Positions 17,358-30,514 of a DNA stretch of 64,000 nucleotides are shown here, piece by piece. The DNA lies in contig OX597818.1 of the NCBI GenBank assembly GCA_951406725.2, positions 1,488,001 through 1,552,000 of the forward strand, written 5' to 3'. The notes under the pieces are model-generated. The model had not been told where the DNA came from. It made no database searches and saw only the letters and a list, made by a program, of their open reading frames with translations. A program made the position numbers and the translations under genes. The stretch is from Octopus vulgaris. Lineage: Eukaryota. Within the stretch, counting starts at the first letter, position 1. Each line of letters starts with the position of its first letter.

Positions 17358-17937
17358 CAAAGTGGTATCAAAGAATTATCGGACTAGTTATGTTTAATAA
17401 AAATAACCTATTTACCTAAATTTTAACATCATCTTCTTCGAAATATTCATCTTGTGCAGTAATACACCAGTTCTAGCGTTCCTGTCACTTTTGGAATCCG
17501 GACTGGCAGTCGTTTTCCGTCAACGAGTAGGACCTTCTATGATTCACTCTTGGTCTCGACAACGTTGTTAAAACTGACTTTTGACGTACATTTTCATCTT
17601 GGGGAAGAGATGGAAGCCCGCAGGTGCTAAATCTGGCGAATAAGGCTGGTGTTGAAGCGATGCCATGTTGTTTTGGTTGAGAAACTCACGAGTGAGGAGA
17701 ACACGGTGATAGAATTTGTTGACATCGTGAAGAATCCAGACGTTAGGATTGCTTGCATTGACCCATACAACGTGATCACAGAAATACAAGTTTCACAACT
17801 TGCGAAGTAAAAACAGCGATGTCACTCGGCACACTGCCTTATGAAAATGACTGCTAGCTCTCACTATGCACACATCTGTGTGCTGCCATCTATCGCACGC
17901 TACAGAACTAGTTCGGGAACTTTTTGATACCATCTCG
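17358..17937 (-). mobile_element. Mariner (Tc1/mariner) internally deleted element
   Basis: HQPYSPDLAPAGFHLFPKMK (YSPDLAP motif); imperfect TIRs CAAAGTGGTATCAAAGAATTATCGGACTAGTT and rc CGAGATGGTATCAAAAAGTTCCCGAACTAGTT; TA at the left flank. Confidence 0.85.
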
Positions 17938-20601
17938 TTTTTATACGTGTATGAATGCGAGTGTGTATACATGCATATATGTATGCATGTATGTATGTAT
18001 GTATGTATGTATGTATGTATGTATGTATGTATGTATGTATGTATGTATGTATGTATGTATGTATGTATGGATGGATGGATGGATGGATGGATGGATGTAC
18101 GTAGGTATGTGTGCAAGTGTGTATGCATACACATACTTATACAAATATTATTGCTTAGCCAGGAGGGAAAGGTAATTGACTTTGCTCTATAGAGAGCTCC
18201 CGAGACTTGTGAGATAAATCATTAAATTGTAGACAAAAGGATAGTGTTTGCTATAGAAACCCAAAGACCAGTTGGGTGAGCAGCTGAGTGACAGGTTAAG
18301 TCCACCATGCATGTAGGCCACAGAAAGATTTTAATTTATAATATCATAGTTGGAACACATACCACGAAACATCCAGTTCGACCTTCCAAAATTTCCCCTG
18401 TCTTTCGCTTCGACGGTTGCTTTATCACTAGTTAATATTGTATATAATGTAACAAATAAACGTACCTCATTAAAATATTAAGGTTTATTAATGTTAGTGT
18501 AACCATGCCTCCATCAGTAAAGTATCTTCAAGTTCATTAATGTTGTTTCAAGCAACACTTGAGTAATAATAAATCTTTTGTGACTGGATTATCTTTATAA
18601 ATATTGTTTTATGAGATTATAATTGTAGTATAATTGTTATTCGTATTTGTTAATCCCTCTGATATGGTATTTGTAAGGGGAGCCTACTTTCAATATTGCT
18701 TATGATTCATCAGTTGAAATAAATGATAAAATGAAAGAAAGCAAAACATATCTAGCAAGGTTGAGGTAGTATCAGTGTTAATAATAACTGGTGAGTGTTT
18801 AGATTGTAACTCACTTTCTTCCCCGAATTCCCAAAATATTTTATGTTAAATAGCCTACACGATTCTTACAGTTTAGTGTACCGGTTATGCGCACGCATTC
18901 AGGTAAGTTACGAACATAACATATATGTTAATTTATTTTCATTATGCACAACATTATTACTGGAATCTTTTTCATGGAAGAGACGATGAAAGATGAAGCT
19001 GAACTACTCAAATTTAATGCAAAAAGACAAAGCAAGCCATTGTGTTGGCTTTAAAATATATTTTGTGATTAAATCGCACCACTGGTATTTAATGACATTG
19101 ACATAATAATGTTTTAGCTCTTTCTGAATTTCCCTCTCAGGTCAACATGTTACAGACAAAATTAGGTACGTCAATACCTATGAATTGAATTTATTAAATA
19201 ATAGATTCCTGTACATCAATAAATCGGCGGGATAATACTAGCTGGAATGAATTTAACTATATCTACTGGATCAGATTTGATCTGGGGCTAAATACCCTCA
19301 ACACCCTCACCCAGGCCACTAAAATAACTCTCTAGAATATAAGGTTTCTATGCAGTTAGAGAAGCAATCAGGAAAATACAAATTCACCAAACATATTTTT
19401 CCAAGTTTAAAATTTTTCAAAATCCATATAAAGATTGAACCAGGTCACACGATGCATGATAATTCACTCTTAAAACAATATAAAAGGTCTGACCATATCT
19501 ATAGTATTGAAGCTAGCTATCAGGCATGTGGACATAAAAGTACTAAAGATGGTCACATTATGTTGTTTATCGCTCTCATTGCTAATGTGGGTACAGTCAT
19601 TGCTGTGTTGTTAAGATCGTTTTGCAGCTCCTTGGTTTCCAGTTCCAGACTATGTCGCAATATCTTGTGTAATACCATAGCCTTGGGTCGATCAAATCTT
19701 TGTGAGAAGGAATTTGGTAGACGGGAAGTGTGGAAGTCGATTGGAGGGACTGCTTCTGCTCTTAGATTGCAGACTTAATTTGTCACTACCTGGTCCTTGG
19801 GAAACTCTGTGGAGTCCACTCTGTTGTCACAAGGTTTATCATTGTTACCAAGGTCTTATGGGCCCTTACTAGGGTTCATTTTGTGGTCACCCAATTTAGT
19901 ATTCCCATTTGCTCCTTAGTACCTTTCATGGAGTCCACTCAGTTGTCAACCTTTGAACAACTGCACACCTTCTCCCTTGAGTACATTTAGGGCAATTCAC
20001 TCCGTTGCAAGCATTTGGAACAATTCACTGCTTGGAGTACAACATTTTCCCTTCCGATAAAATCATTAAAAACACACACGCACAGATACACACACACACA
20101 GAGTATAGTTCGAACATAGGTATACTTAATGTGCGCGCGCGTGTATGTGTGAAAGAGAGGCGAAAAAGACGGAACGGATATGTAAATCAGTCGGACACAT
20201 TGTATCAGGTGACCACAAGATATCACGTGATCAAAAGATATGAGAAGACAGTTTTTCTCGATTGATTTCTCTGTTGGTATTATGTGTTCCCGATGTAATT
20301 ACATCTGGACATTATACAGTTTGAACAAAATAACGAAAAGGAGAGCTAAAATAACGTAAAGTACTAGTGGTATGAAGGTCGACTGAGTGTTGTACATGAT
20401 GAAGTTTCATTCATTAATATTTCTCTACGCTGAAGAAATAAATAAAAATCAGGACGGTACTATTTTCCCCTTCTCTATTGTAGATACAAGAAGTGAAATT
20501 TTTGGAGGAGAGACTAGTCGATACTATTGACTCCGGTACTCGACTGATAGTTATTTTGTCGAGTCCGAAAAAGTGAAAAGCATAGATAGCCCCATCGGAA
20601 T

Positions 20602-22080
20602 GTTAGTTAGTTAGTTAGTTAATTTGGCTCAAAAGCAAATAGCAAGGCCATGTAGGGGGACATGGAGTTAAGTACAGGGTGGTGTTCATGTAAAGAGTTC
20701 AGGCCACTTGAGGTCCCGGGAGGCTTTGAACAAAGCGGTCGTCGGCATCTTCACCATCTCGTCTGGCAGCTTGTTCCACGGATCCGCAACCCGGACGGAG
20801 AAAGCTCCTCTCCTTCGATTGAGATGAAATCGTCGCAGGTAGAGCTTTTCGAAATGACCCCGCAGCCGACGCTCTGGAGCAGGAGTGAAGAACAGCTCTT
20901 TCGAGAGGTTACACTTTCCGCTTATGATGTTGTGGGCGAGAATGAGATCACCACGGCGGCGGCGTTTTTCAAGAGAATAAAGGTCGAGCGTCCTCAGCCT
21001 TTCTTCGTAGGACAAATTTTTGAGACCATGAACCATGCGGGTAGCCAGCTTCTGGACTCTTTCGAGATGCTGTATGTCTTTGAGGAGATAAGGAGAAGAG
21101 GCTTGAATCCCATACTCCAATATGGGTCTCACCAGCGTGACATAGAGTGGTAGGAATATGGCTGCTGTGAGCATTCCGAATGACCGTCGAATCAAGAACA
21201 GAATTCCGCGTGCTTTGTTGGCAGCATGGACGCACTGGGCCGAAGGCGAAAAGGAGGAATCCACCAAGATACCTAGGTCCTTTACCTGATCGGTCCTCTC
21301 CAGCAGCAGACGACCCGGTTCGAAATCAAGTTGAGTTGCAGGAGTAGAGCCGACAGGCAGATGACAGCACTTTGACACGTTCAGACACAGGTCCCAATCG
21401 TTAGACCACTTCCAAATTTGGTGGAGGCATCGACGAAGATCCTCTATATTACCGCGAGGAGCGACCAGTTTGATATCGTCGGCAAATAGAAGGGTGTGTT
21501 GCGTGAGGTCGTCGGGCAAGTCATTTATGAAGACTAAGAACAACAAGGGCCCAAGCACTGAACCTTGAGGCACACCACTGCTCGCACTGGAGACGTCGGA
21601 CCGCGAACCATTAACTTGGACTTGGAAGGAGCGATCTGAGAGGAAGGCACCAACCCATCGTACAATATCCGGATGGAAACTATATGCTTGAAGCTTGACA
21701 AGTAATAGGCGGTGGTTTACCGAGTCAAAAGCTTTGGCAAAGTCTAGTAAAACGATGTCAACAGCATCACTATCATCGAGGATGCGCGTCACCAATTCTT
21801 CCATTACTAGTAAGTTGGTCAAGCATGATCTCTTCGGCACGAAGCCGTGTTGGGAATCAGAGATAGAGGCTGTGTTTAGGAGGTGGAGCATCATACTTTT
21901 CTTAAGGATGGTTTCGAACATCTTGCTGATTATTGATGTAAGGGAAACCGGTCGGTAGTTAAGCGGGTCTTCGCGGCTCCCTTTCTTGAAAATTGGGCAG
22001 ATTATCGCTGTTCTCCAGTCTGCAGGTATAACACCCGTCGCCAATGACATATTGAATAGTCGTGTTAAGGGCTCGCAGAT
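20602..22080 (-). mobile_element. CR1-clade LINE, 5'-truncated, with (TAAC)n tail, inserted in a SINE
   Basis: Open RT ORF; tail (GTTA)n at 20602-20620; the two halves of a SINE (20480-20601 and 22081-22140) flank it. Confidence 0.92.
20686..22050 (-). CDS. CR1-type reverse transcriptase, 454-aa uninterrupted 3' part of ORF2
   Basis: NYRPVSLTS, QHGF, LDFAKAFDSV, GVPQGSVLGPLLF, FADD, KDLG, FSVRVADPWNKLP. Confidence 0.9.
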   Translation of the reverse strand: MSLATGVIPADWRTAIICPIFKKGSREDPLNYRPVSLTSIISKMFETILKKSMMLHLLNTASISDSQHGFVPKRSCLTNLLVMEELVTRILDDSDAVDIVLLDFAKAFDSVNHRLLLVKLQAYSFHPDIVRWVGAFLSDRSFQVQVNGSRSDVSSASSGVPQGSVLGPLLFLVFINDLPDDLTQHTLLFADDIKLVAPRGNIEDLRRCLHQIWKWSNDWDLCLNVSKCCHLPVGSTPATQLDFEPGRLLLERTDQVKDLGILVDSSFSPSAQCVHAANKARGILFLIRRSFGMLTAAIFLPLYVTLVRPILEYGIQASSPYLLKDIQHLERVQKLATRMVHGLKNLSYEERLRTLDLYSLEKRRRRGDLILAHNIISGKCNLSKELFFTPAPERRLRGHFEKLYLRRFHLNRRRGAFSVRVADPWNKLPDEMVKMPTTALFKASRDLKWPELFT

Positions 22081-22179
22081 GTGAATTCAGAATGTAAGAT
22101 TGGAAGAAATGCTGCTAAGCATTTTGTCCACCACAGCAACGGTTCTAGCTTGTCGCCTCTTGAAAGGGAGTGAGGATAA

Positions 22180-22395
22180 TATTGGTTTCAAATTTTGACA
22201 CAACGCCAGCAATTTTGTTGGAGGCGGCTAGTCAATTCTATCGACCCCAGTTCTCAACTGGAACTTATTTTATCAACTCCGAAGGATGAAATGCAAAGTC
22301 GACCTCAGCGGAATTTGAACCCAGAACGTGAAGACGGACGAAATACATTTTGATCGGGGTGGAAAATGCTAATCATTATGCCCGGCGTGCTAACG
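22180..22395 (-). mobile_element. tRNA-derived SINE (family with GTCGACTTTGCCTTTCATCC central domain)
   Basis: rc begins GGCGGCGAGCCGGCAAAATCGTTAGC and has a B-box-like GGTTCAAATTCC; shared with copies at 26263, 38442 and 49447. Confidence 0.8.
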
Positions 22396-22449
22396 ATTTT
22401 GCCGGCTCGCCGCCTTCTAGGGTGTGGGGATAATATTAAGAAATATTTG

Positions 22450-22630
22450 GTTTGTACAGCGACGGCTTCCGGTTTGTACACTGACGACTTCTGGTTTGTG
22501 CATCGACCACTTCCGGTTTGTGCAACGACAGCTCCCAGTTTGTGTACCGATGACTTCCGGTTTGTGGACCGACAACTTCTGGCTTTTGCATCAACGACTT
22601 CCGATTTGTGCACCGACGACTTCAAGTTTG
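22450..22630. repeat. 22-bp minisatellite, about 8 copies
   Basis: Consensus ACGACTTCCGGTTTGTGCACCG, head-to-tail, no spacers. Confidence 0.9.
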
Positions 22631-23124
22631 GAAAATGGGAAAACATATCGCATCATTGAAGAAACTTTCGAATTTAACCCAGGTCGCAACTCTGATTATT
22701 TTGTCATTCAACAAAAAGTGGTTGTCACAGAAATGGAATGAAAGCGAGGAATAAGGACAGAAAATTCCATGAAGTTCTAAAGACAAGAAAGAGAGTGACT
22801 GAAAGGTGTCCAAATTAAAGGAACAAATGGATTTGAAGTTAAAATTGATGTATTTAAGATTTTACGCAATTACTTGCATAAAAACTACTTAGGGCACACA
22901 GCGAACATGCATCAAAATATGGATGAAAAAATCTAAAAAACACATAAATACATATGTACATATATTAAGAATATGTAGTAGTTTTCTTTTTCTGGTGCAA
23001 ATTCCGATGCTTTTTGATCAGACGTGGTACAAATATATGCGCACATACATACGTACATACATACATACATACATACATACATACATACATACATACATAC
23101 ATACATACATACGTACGTACGTAC

Positions 23125-23155
<31 letters not shown>

Positions 23156-23774
23156 CATACATACATACATACATACACATGAACACATACATATATATAT
23201 ATATATAAGAATAATATAATACACCTAATAATAATAATTGATTCCGCTGTATGCATATACATATATATAAATATATGGATATGTATTGATGTATATTTAT
23301 GTATATATATGTATATGTAAAAGTGTGTATATATGTATGTATTTATATTCATAACTTAACCTTATGATCTTTCTAAACTTTCTGACGAAGCCCAGAGGCA
23401 AACACAAGTACCTTAATTTTATATACCAAATACTTCAGTTCACTGAAGCGATGGAAGTAAAGTGGGGTAAGAAACTATTCTACTTTCTATGTTCTACGTT
23501 ATATATTTTAATAATTACTGGTATTTTGATATAAGTAAAGCATAATCTGTTATACATGTATGTATATTATTATAATTGTTTTTTTTAAATAAATAAATAG
23601 ACATAATATAATGTCTAAAAGTTGATGAATAAAACCTCTTGATCCCCTCCATTTTCTTGTTGCCGTATATATATATTATATTTTGTGAAATTTGATTTAG
23701 TATTTCTAAATTGAATTTTTCCCTTTAAGTTAGGAATAATATTCCCTCAAATCATATATATATATATATATATA

Positions 23775-23810
23775 TAAACTTACTTGGAAATGGATGCGCC
23801 GCGTTCAATC

Positions 23811-23876
<66 letters not shown>

Positions 23877-23981
23877 TATATACATACATATACGTACATG
23901 CTTACGCATATATGTACATACACATGCATATATGGGTACAGGACGTCATAAAACGTAAACAACATGAAATACGAAAACAAC

Positions 23982-24044
<63 letters not shown>

Positions 24045-25048
24045 TATAATAATAATAATAATTATTATTATTATTATTATAAGAATGAGACCTCGATATT
24101 AGGTAAATAGAGGATATTTATACATGTATAGTTTAGGACAATCAGTAAGTTGTCATAATAGTACTCAGAGTTTCAAATGCCTGAGCTAAGTGCTACGATT
24201 TAGTTTCATTGGCCATCATGGCATAGACGCTATAAAAAACCGTTGAATAAAAGGGAAGTTACTCTAATAGGTAGGAAAAATATAAAAGATTAAAAATACA
24301 CACAAATATATTCTCACAATACATACATAAACATAAAACTTACTGCGTTCATAATGTCTACATCGTACACACAAACACAAATATGTATATGTACATGCCT
24401 ATACAGGCACAAACATATATGTGCATTTATGTATTCATACACATATCCACACACACACGCACACATTTATGCATATGCATATATGAGTACAGGACGTAAA
24501 CAACAGGAAGTACGAAAACAAACGAGTCAAATACGCAAGCAACGAGAGTAAAAATGGGAAACAGGACAAATGAACACAGAGAACGGACCCTTCATCGGTT
24601 GTCCGCTGTCTATCTAATCCTAATTTCGAGCACTCAACGACAATATGAGTCTTCAAAGACAGTTGCTCCCATAAATTCTAAAAGAAAATTTTGGATTTAT
24701 GGAGGGTAAAAGTTGTGAACAAAAACACGTCTGTGGGGACATACAAGGAGACCGAACGAAAACAAAAATAAAGGGTCGTTAGACCAGCACGAGAGGAAAA
24801 TAGCGAACGCTAGGAGAAATATTTTCTTTCAAAAGAGAAAACATAGAAGAGAGACAAAAGAAACGTTATGCAGGAAAAGAAAGATGGTCACGTGAGGAAA
24901 GAAACGGACGATGGTCTTGTGTGAGCAACGAGAGAGAGAAAAAGAGAAAGAGACAGGGAGAAAACAATATATAGTAGATTCGCATCAAAAAGGTTAAGAT
25001 AAACCTACTTGGAAATGGATGCGTAGCTATCTATTAGATAGTAATATG

Positions 25049-25103
<55 letters not shown>

Positions 25104-25112
25104 TAGATAGAG

Positions 25113-25169
<57 letters not shown>

Positions 25170-25366
25170 TAGATTCTCTGTGTTTATTTGTCCTGTTTTC
25201 CATTTATTTTCTTTCGTTGTTTGCGTATTTAACTCGCTTGTTTTCGTACTTCATGTTGTTTACACATTTAGTGAGTCCTGTACCCATATATGCATATGAA
25301 ATATATATATATATATAATTTATATTATTAACTGAACGCCACGCGTCCATTTTCAAGTAAGTCTAT
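23775..25366. repeat. Dispersed direct and inverted copies of a (TA)n-associated non-coding repeat (pLTR-like)
   Basis: TACTTGGAAATGGATGCG at ~23780 and ~25006, with a diverged rc at ~25342-25360. GCATATATG(A/G)GTACAGGAC...GAAAACAA at ~23926 and ~24478, with rc at 25173-25295. Confidence 0.65.
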
Positions 25367-25419
25367 CCACACACACATATATATACACACATAAATGTAT
25401 ATCGATGCACACATATATA

Positions 25420-25740
25420 TAGACATGCAGATTACTACAGAGGTATCTAGGACTTCTCAGTATCTATCAGGGCCATTCAACGAATACAAACAACCTTAGA
25501 ATCAAGGAGGCCCTTCGTATTACAAGCTAAGACCAACTCAAAATAACAGTGAAGAGCTACACGAAGCAGGCTGGCTATTATAACAAACCAGTCTATGCAT
25601 TTCACCATCCTTTCCTATATATTCCATCAGTCTGAAGAAACATCGAAATAGGAGGTGAAACTCCAACTGATGTTCTCTTTTCACTTCTGTACTTCAAATT
25701 GTATTTCATTTCGGCTTGTTACGGCCTTATCTAAAAAGTT
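25420..25740 (+). mobile_element. Penelope-like element 3' remnant (end of GIY-YIG domain plus pLTR)
   Basis: CTTAGAATCAAGGAGGCCCTTCGTATT = LRIKEALRI, the typical PLE endonuclease C-terminus, followed by a hammerhead fold. Confidence 0.6.
25625..25672 (+). ncRNA. Degenerate minimal hammerhead ribozyme
   Basis: CATCAGT-CTGAAGA-A-ACATC...GAGGT-GAAA-CTCCA-ACTGATG: perfect 7-bp helix I; the cleavage doublet reads CA rather than UH. Confidence 0.6.
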
Positions 25741-26262
25741 GCGTGTGTGTGCGTGTGTATTTATGTGTGTGTATACGATTTTATTCATTATAACAGTATG
25801 TATTTCACGTAAACTCACCAGTCTTGAAGAACCTGAATGATAGTCATGGATGCTGTTCTTTCTCCCCTCACATCTTTAACGAGCCAACAAGAACTAATGT
25901 TACTACTGCTACCACCACTACAACCGTCGCCACCGCCATCGTCGCCACCGTCACTGTCGTCGCCACCACCACTACTATAGCTGCAGCATCAGTTACATTA
26001 GCAACAACACGAAAGGCAACCAACAGCTTGGAAAAAACAACAAATATAAAACAAATATAAACAATTACAATGACAACAACAAAAACAGAAACAAATATAA
26101 CTAGATTAGTATAGCCAGTAATTAGTCTTCAGTAATTAGTTGCATTATTGTTTATTTAATATTCATTACAGTGCAGAGTCCAGAATACAATATCCCTAGA
26201 GTCCCTCCTGGGTTTTTATTTTCCAGAAATATACGTCTAAAACGTTCGAGTTTCTCAGCAAG

Positions 26263-26500
26263 AAGGCGGTGAGCTGGCAGAATCGTTAGCGCGTCGGTCA
26301 AAAGGTTTAGTGGCATTTTTTTCGGCTCGTTACGTCTTAAGTTCAAATTCCGTTGAGGTTGACTTTCTTTCTTAGGTCTTTCGAGGTCTATAAAACAAAG
26401 TACTAGTCAAGTATTAAGTCGATGTAATCGACTAATCCCTCGCATTAAAATTGCTGACATTGTGCCAAAAAGAAAAAGAATAAAGAAAATTGAAACAATT
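26263..26500 (+). mobile_element. tRNA-derived SINE
   Basis: AGGCGGTGAGCTGGCAGAATCGTTAGC...GTTCAAATTCC. Confidence 0.8.
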
Positions 26501-27365
26501 ATTTCTCGGCAGTGTGTTTATTTACACCATAAGGGAATATTCAAGTCTGATTCTATCTCATATAGATAATACCAAATATAGTGGCGAACCAGTCTAGAAT
26601 CATCATGGGGGGCAACCGGTGGTCTCTACATTTGGCATAAATAGCAACGATATTTCCCTCAAATCACATTTTAACACCTTAAAAAAGAAAAAGAAAACAA
26701 TTGATTCTGTATCTGAAATATGATGTGACAAACATGCCTGGAACACTTGTGATCACTAATATGAAACTAAACAATGGAAGCATTTAAGTCTGACATGAAT
26801 TATAATCGTGAAACAGCAGATTCAGAGCCAATGATTTGACTCTCACCTTGAGGAATGATACCAGAGATACATTCGTGTTGCAATAAACTAATATCAACAA
26901 CTGGACATTTGAGATAGAATTTAGAGTTGGATGTCTTTCAAGTATCCAGGCCATCTTTCAGTATCCCATGGCAACTCGGTATCATTAGAAATTCATTCCT
27001 GGTGCATAAGGACCTTGCGTGTTATTTGTAACACAGAATGTTACTTCTGACCCAGTTTGTCATCTGTCACATGACAGTAATCCTTAGCAAAAGATTTCTA
27101 ACATTGGCACAAAGTATGGTATAAATTCATATATTTTTGGAATGAGTAGAATTTATTTAAGTTACAACAGCATATTACTAGATGTCGATGGCATATGAAT
27201 TCAGAACACACAAAAAAAAAAATGACTGAATAGATAAGTAGATAAATATTAAATAAATATGTAAATAAATAGTTTTAAACAAGATATGAGCACGCCTCGG
27301 ATTCACCTTATTGGCTATAGTACCGCCTCTGTGCAAAGCTAAATAAAAAACGAAAAAGAAAGAAA

Positions 27366-27419
<54 letters not shown>

Positions 27420-28432
27420 AAGAAGGAAAGAAAAATAAATAAAGAAAGAAAGAACGGGCAAGCCAAATGATAAATGATAGAAAGTAAGGAAAAAGTTGAA
27501 AACCGAAACAGACGTATGAGAGATATTTGTATGGAACCAACTTCCATGGCATTTCAATTGACCATTGAGACGACAGATAGAGTTTCTGGTTATTGGCAAG
27601 AATGAAGATATATCCAGGAATACCAAGAAAAGATATTTAAGAATGAAGAACTTGCTGAAACAATGTTTTGCTAAGTATTATTTCGAAGAAGGTTGAATAT
27701 TGTTAAGAGCAACCTTAGTAAAGAAATTACCCATGATCCGTTGAATCACCTGTTTCCCAGCAATGGAGTTTTGTTTCATGGTCTTTTTTTTCTTTTCCAG
27801 GTTATTTCGCATGCTTTCAACGAATATGACATCAAAATCACGCGTAAACGACTCCTTTCCCGCGAAAGGAACCGTTTTCTTGCATGCTCTGCTATCACGT
27901 AACAGGTATTTCGGGTCCTTCGTCGCGAATAGCTGCTACATGGTAGCAGGGCGTACTAGAAATAGCAGCCAAATCGTTGGAGCTGAGATACGTTGAATGC
28001 ACTCGAAAAAGGTTTTGTAATGGTATTCCCTTGGGGCGATATTTCGTTTTGACTCTCAGAACGGTCGCTTTGACTCTAAGAACTGTCATCCGGATCAGCT
28101 GGTTTTGTTCGTTAATTTCTGTAGAAATTTTTTATTTATTTACTTTGTTTTAAAGTGAAAGACAAGAGAAAGAGAAAAATGTATGAACGTGTATATGAAA
28201 TGGATGTGTGTGTGTGTGTGTGCGTGTAAGAAAGAGAGAGAAAGAGAGAGTGCCACTTACACATACATGAGAACACACACGTTCACTCACTCACTCTATC
28301 TCTCTCTCTCATACACACACACACACACACATACACACACACACACGAACATATGCACACGTACATTAAAAAAAGATGTATGCATATGTATTGATGTATG
28401 TACGTATACATGACAACACACCTCTTCACTCA

Positions 28433-28464
<32 letters not shown>

Positions 28465-30514
28465 CTCATTCCCTTTCTGTCTTTCTTTCTCTCTTTTTCT
28501 CTCACTCTCTATCTCTTTCTTTCTCTCTCTCTCTTTCTCTCTCTCTCTCCCTCTCTCTCTCTTTCACATACGTCAATTTCATATACACCTACGTACATCT
28601 TTCACTTTCTCCTCTCTTTCACTTTAAAATAAAAGTAAATAAATAAAACTTTTTAATGGAAATTGACTTGAAAATAATTTTTAAATGAATATTAAAATAT
28701 AGTCTTTTTATAGAAAGGTAAAATATAAATACTTACTGTACATTTTTGAAATCACATTCAGTTGCAATATTTCTAAAGGATTAAGATATTGTGTACATCA
28801 AAAAGTCGACTTTTTTTCTTAGAGAGCGTGAAGACTGTGTGTATGCATGTCACAGATATCGGACATGTCTTTGTGTTGATTGACACGCCATAACATTCAT
28901 TATATGTGTATGTATTCTGTATGTGTGTATGTATGTTGACATCACGGAAGCCATGGTTTTTTCGTCAAGAAATAACAAAAATATAAATAGAGGTTCAAAT
29001 GTCACAAAATTTTGTACTACACTGCCGAAGGTAACTATGAAAATAAATATGCAAAAACATTTAAGATAAAATATACTATTTCTGAGATATTTCGAGTACA
29101 AATAAACATCCCTAGAGTTTTAGTAATATTAAGATTAGTACTGATTAACGTAACTTTAGAGTCTAATTAGTTGATAATGAGAATGAAAACAGAACTTGCA
29201 AAATCCTACGAGTCATAACTGGAAAGTGTAAGTACGAAAATTTCTGGATTTTGTTGATCTGAGAATGAAAGTGCTTTGGCCATAAACATTACATTTTTCA
29301 TTCAGACACAGTGTATCTAGGACTACTTTATCTAATGTACAGTCGTTAACTTGAATCAGTTTTCCTGTTCAGTACGAGGTCATATCTGATCCACTGTCAT
29401 CAGCATCACAATCACCAAAACCACCACCAACAAAACTACCGCTACCACCGCCGTGGCCGCCATCGCCGCCGCCGCCATCGCCGCCGCCGCAGCCACCACA
29501 ACCACCACTTCCACCACTACCATCAACATCATCATCATCATTAACTGTGGAATGAGTGTCTAACTCCAAGATTTTCCAGCTGAATATATCAAAATATATT
29601 CTTTCAGTAAGAAAGAAATTGTAGGATTTAAGCGAGAGATAGTGTTATTTCAAGAAAACTTGCTACTGGAAAGAGATTTTCTTTAATCTTCGAGACATAT
29701 GAAATCATAAGAGAAAAGTGTATGATCAATAACATTCCTGTCGTGACGTTCCTGTCTTGTTGAAATATGGATGTATCTACGACTACATTACACAACGAGT
29801 GCCTTCCTTTTCTATTTCTGTAGGGTATGATTTGAGGAAGATTTAGTTGATATTTCTTGGAGGCCGAGAGCCATGTAGAAGTTATTTATTTGCCTGTGTG
29901 CATTAAAGATTAAATTTGAAAATGAAAAATGACCAAATTATTTGGAACTTTGGTCGGAATATCAAAAGTAAAGAGACTCCAGGAGTTGAGCAGACCAATG
30001 CAAGTCAAATTCCTTATTATATACATAAATTCTCCAAGAAGAAATGCAATATTTAAAAATTTATTCCCACTGTCGTGGAATAGAAATATTTCCAGTAGTC
30101 TGTATGAAATATAGAAAACGATGGTGACAGATATTTCGGTTCGGTGTTGGTAACGGATATCAACGAAATCTTATCATAACAGAAAACCAAATGTAAATTC
30201 TTTGAATATTAATGCTTTTTGTATATTATAAGAGAACTCATTTTAGCAGAGGCTACATACACGCGCGCGTGCGCGAATGCATGCACGTGCTCGTATAAAA
30301 TAATGTATTTATATAAAGACATGTTAAAATTGCAGAAAAATAATGATTCATGAATATTTATAACGTCTTTATGTGTATGTGTGTGTGTGTGTTTGTAATA
30401 CACAATATATAGGTTAGTGTTAAAATATTAAAAGTTGTAAGCTTAAAGAATATATTTAGAATTGCTTAACCAGTGTTGAAAAATCAACACTACCTCATAT
30501 TATTATCATTATTA

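Noticed and set aside
19350-19778. 142-aa ORF in apparently unique DNA
   Set aside because: It has no recognisable domain, and its 3' part runs through a degenerate SINE.
20602-20620. Telomere-like (TTAG)n
   Set aside because: It is the 3' tail of the CR1 element, not TTAGG or TTAGGG.
22450-22630. CRISPR-like periodic repeat
   Set aside because: The units are contiguous with no unique spacers, there are no cas genes, and the context is eukaryotic.
26263-26352. tRNA gene
   Set aside because: The A/B-box-like head belongs to a multicopy SINE, and no cloverleaf is supported.
27786-27912. Possible exon (TTTTCCAG acceptor, CAG|GTATTT donor)
   Set aside because: Splice-like signals alone, with no recognisable coding content or partner exons.
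29369-29569. Gly-rich ORF
   Set aside because: It is a decayed (CCG/CCA/CAT) trinucleotide tract.
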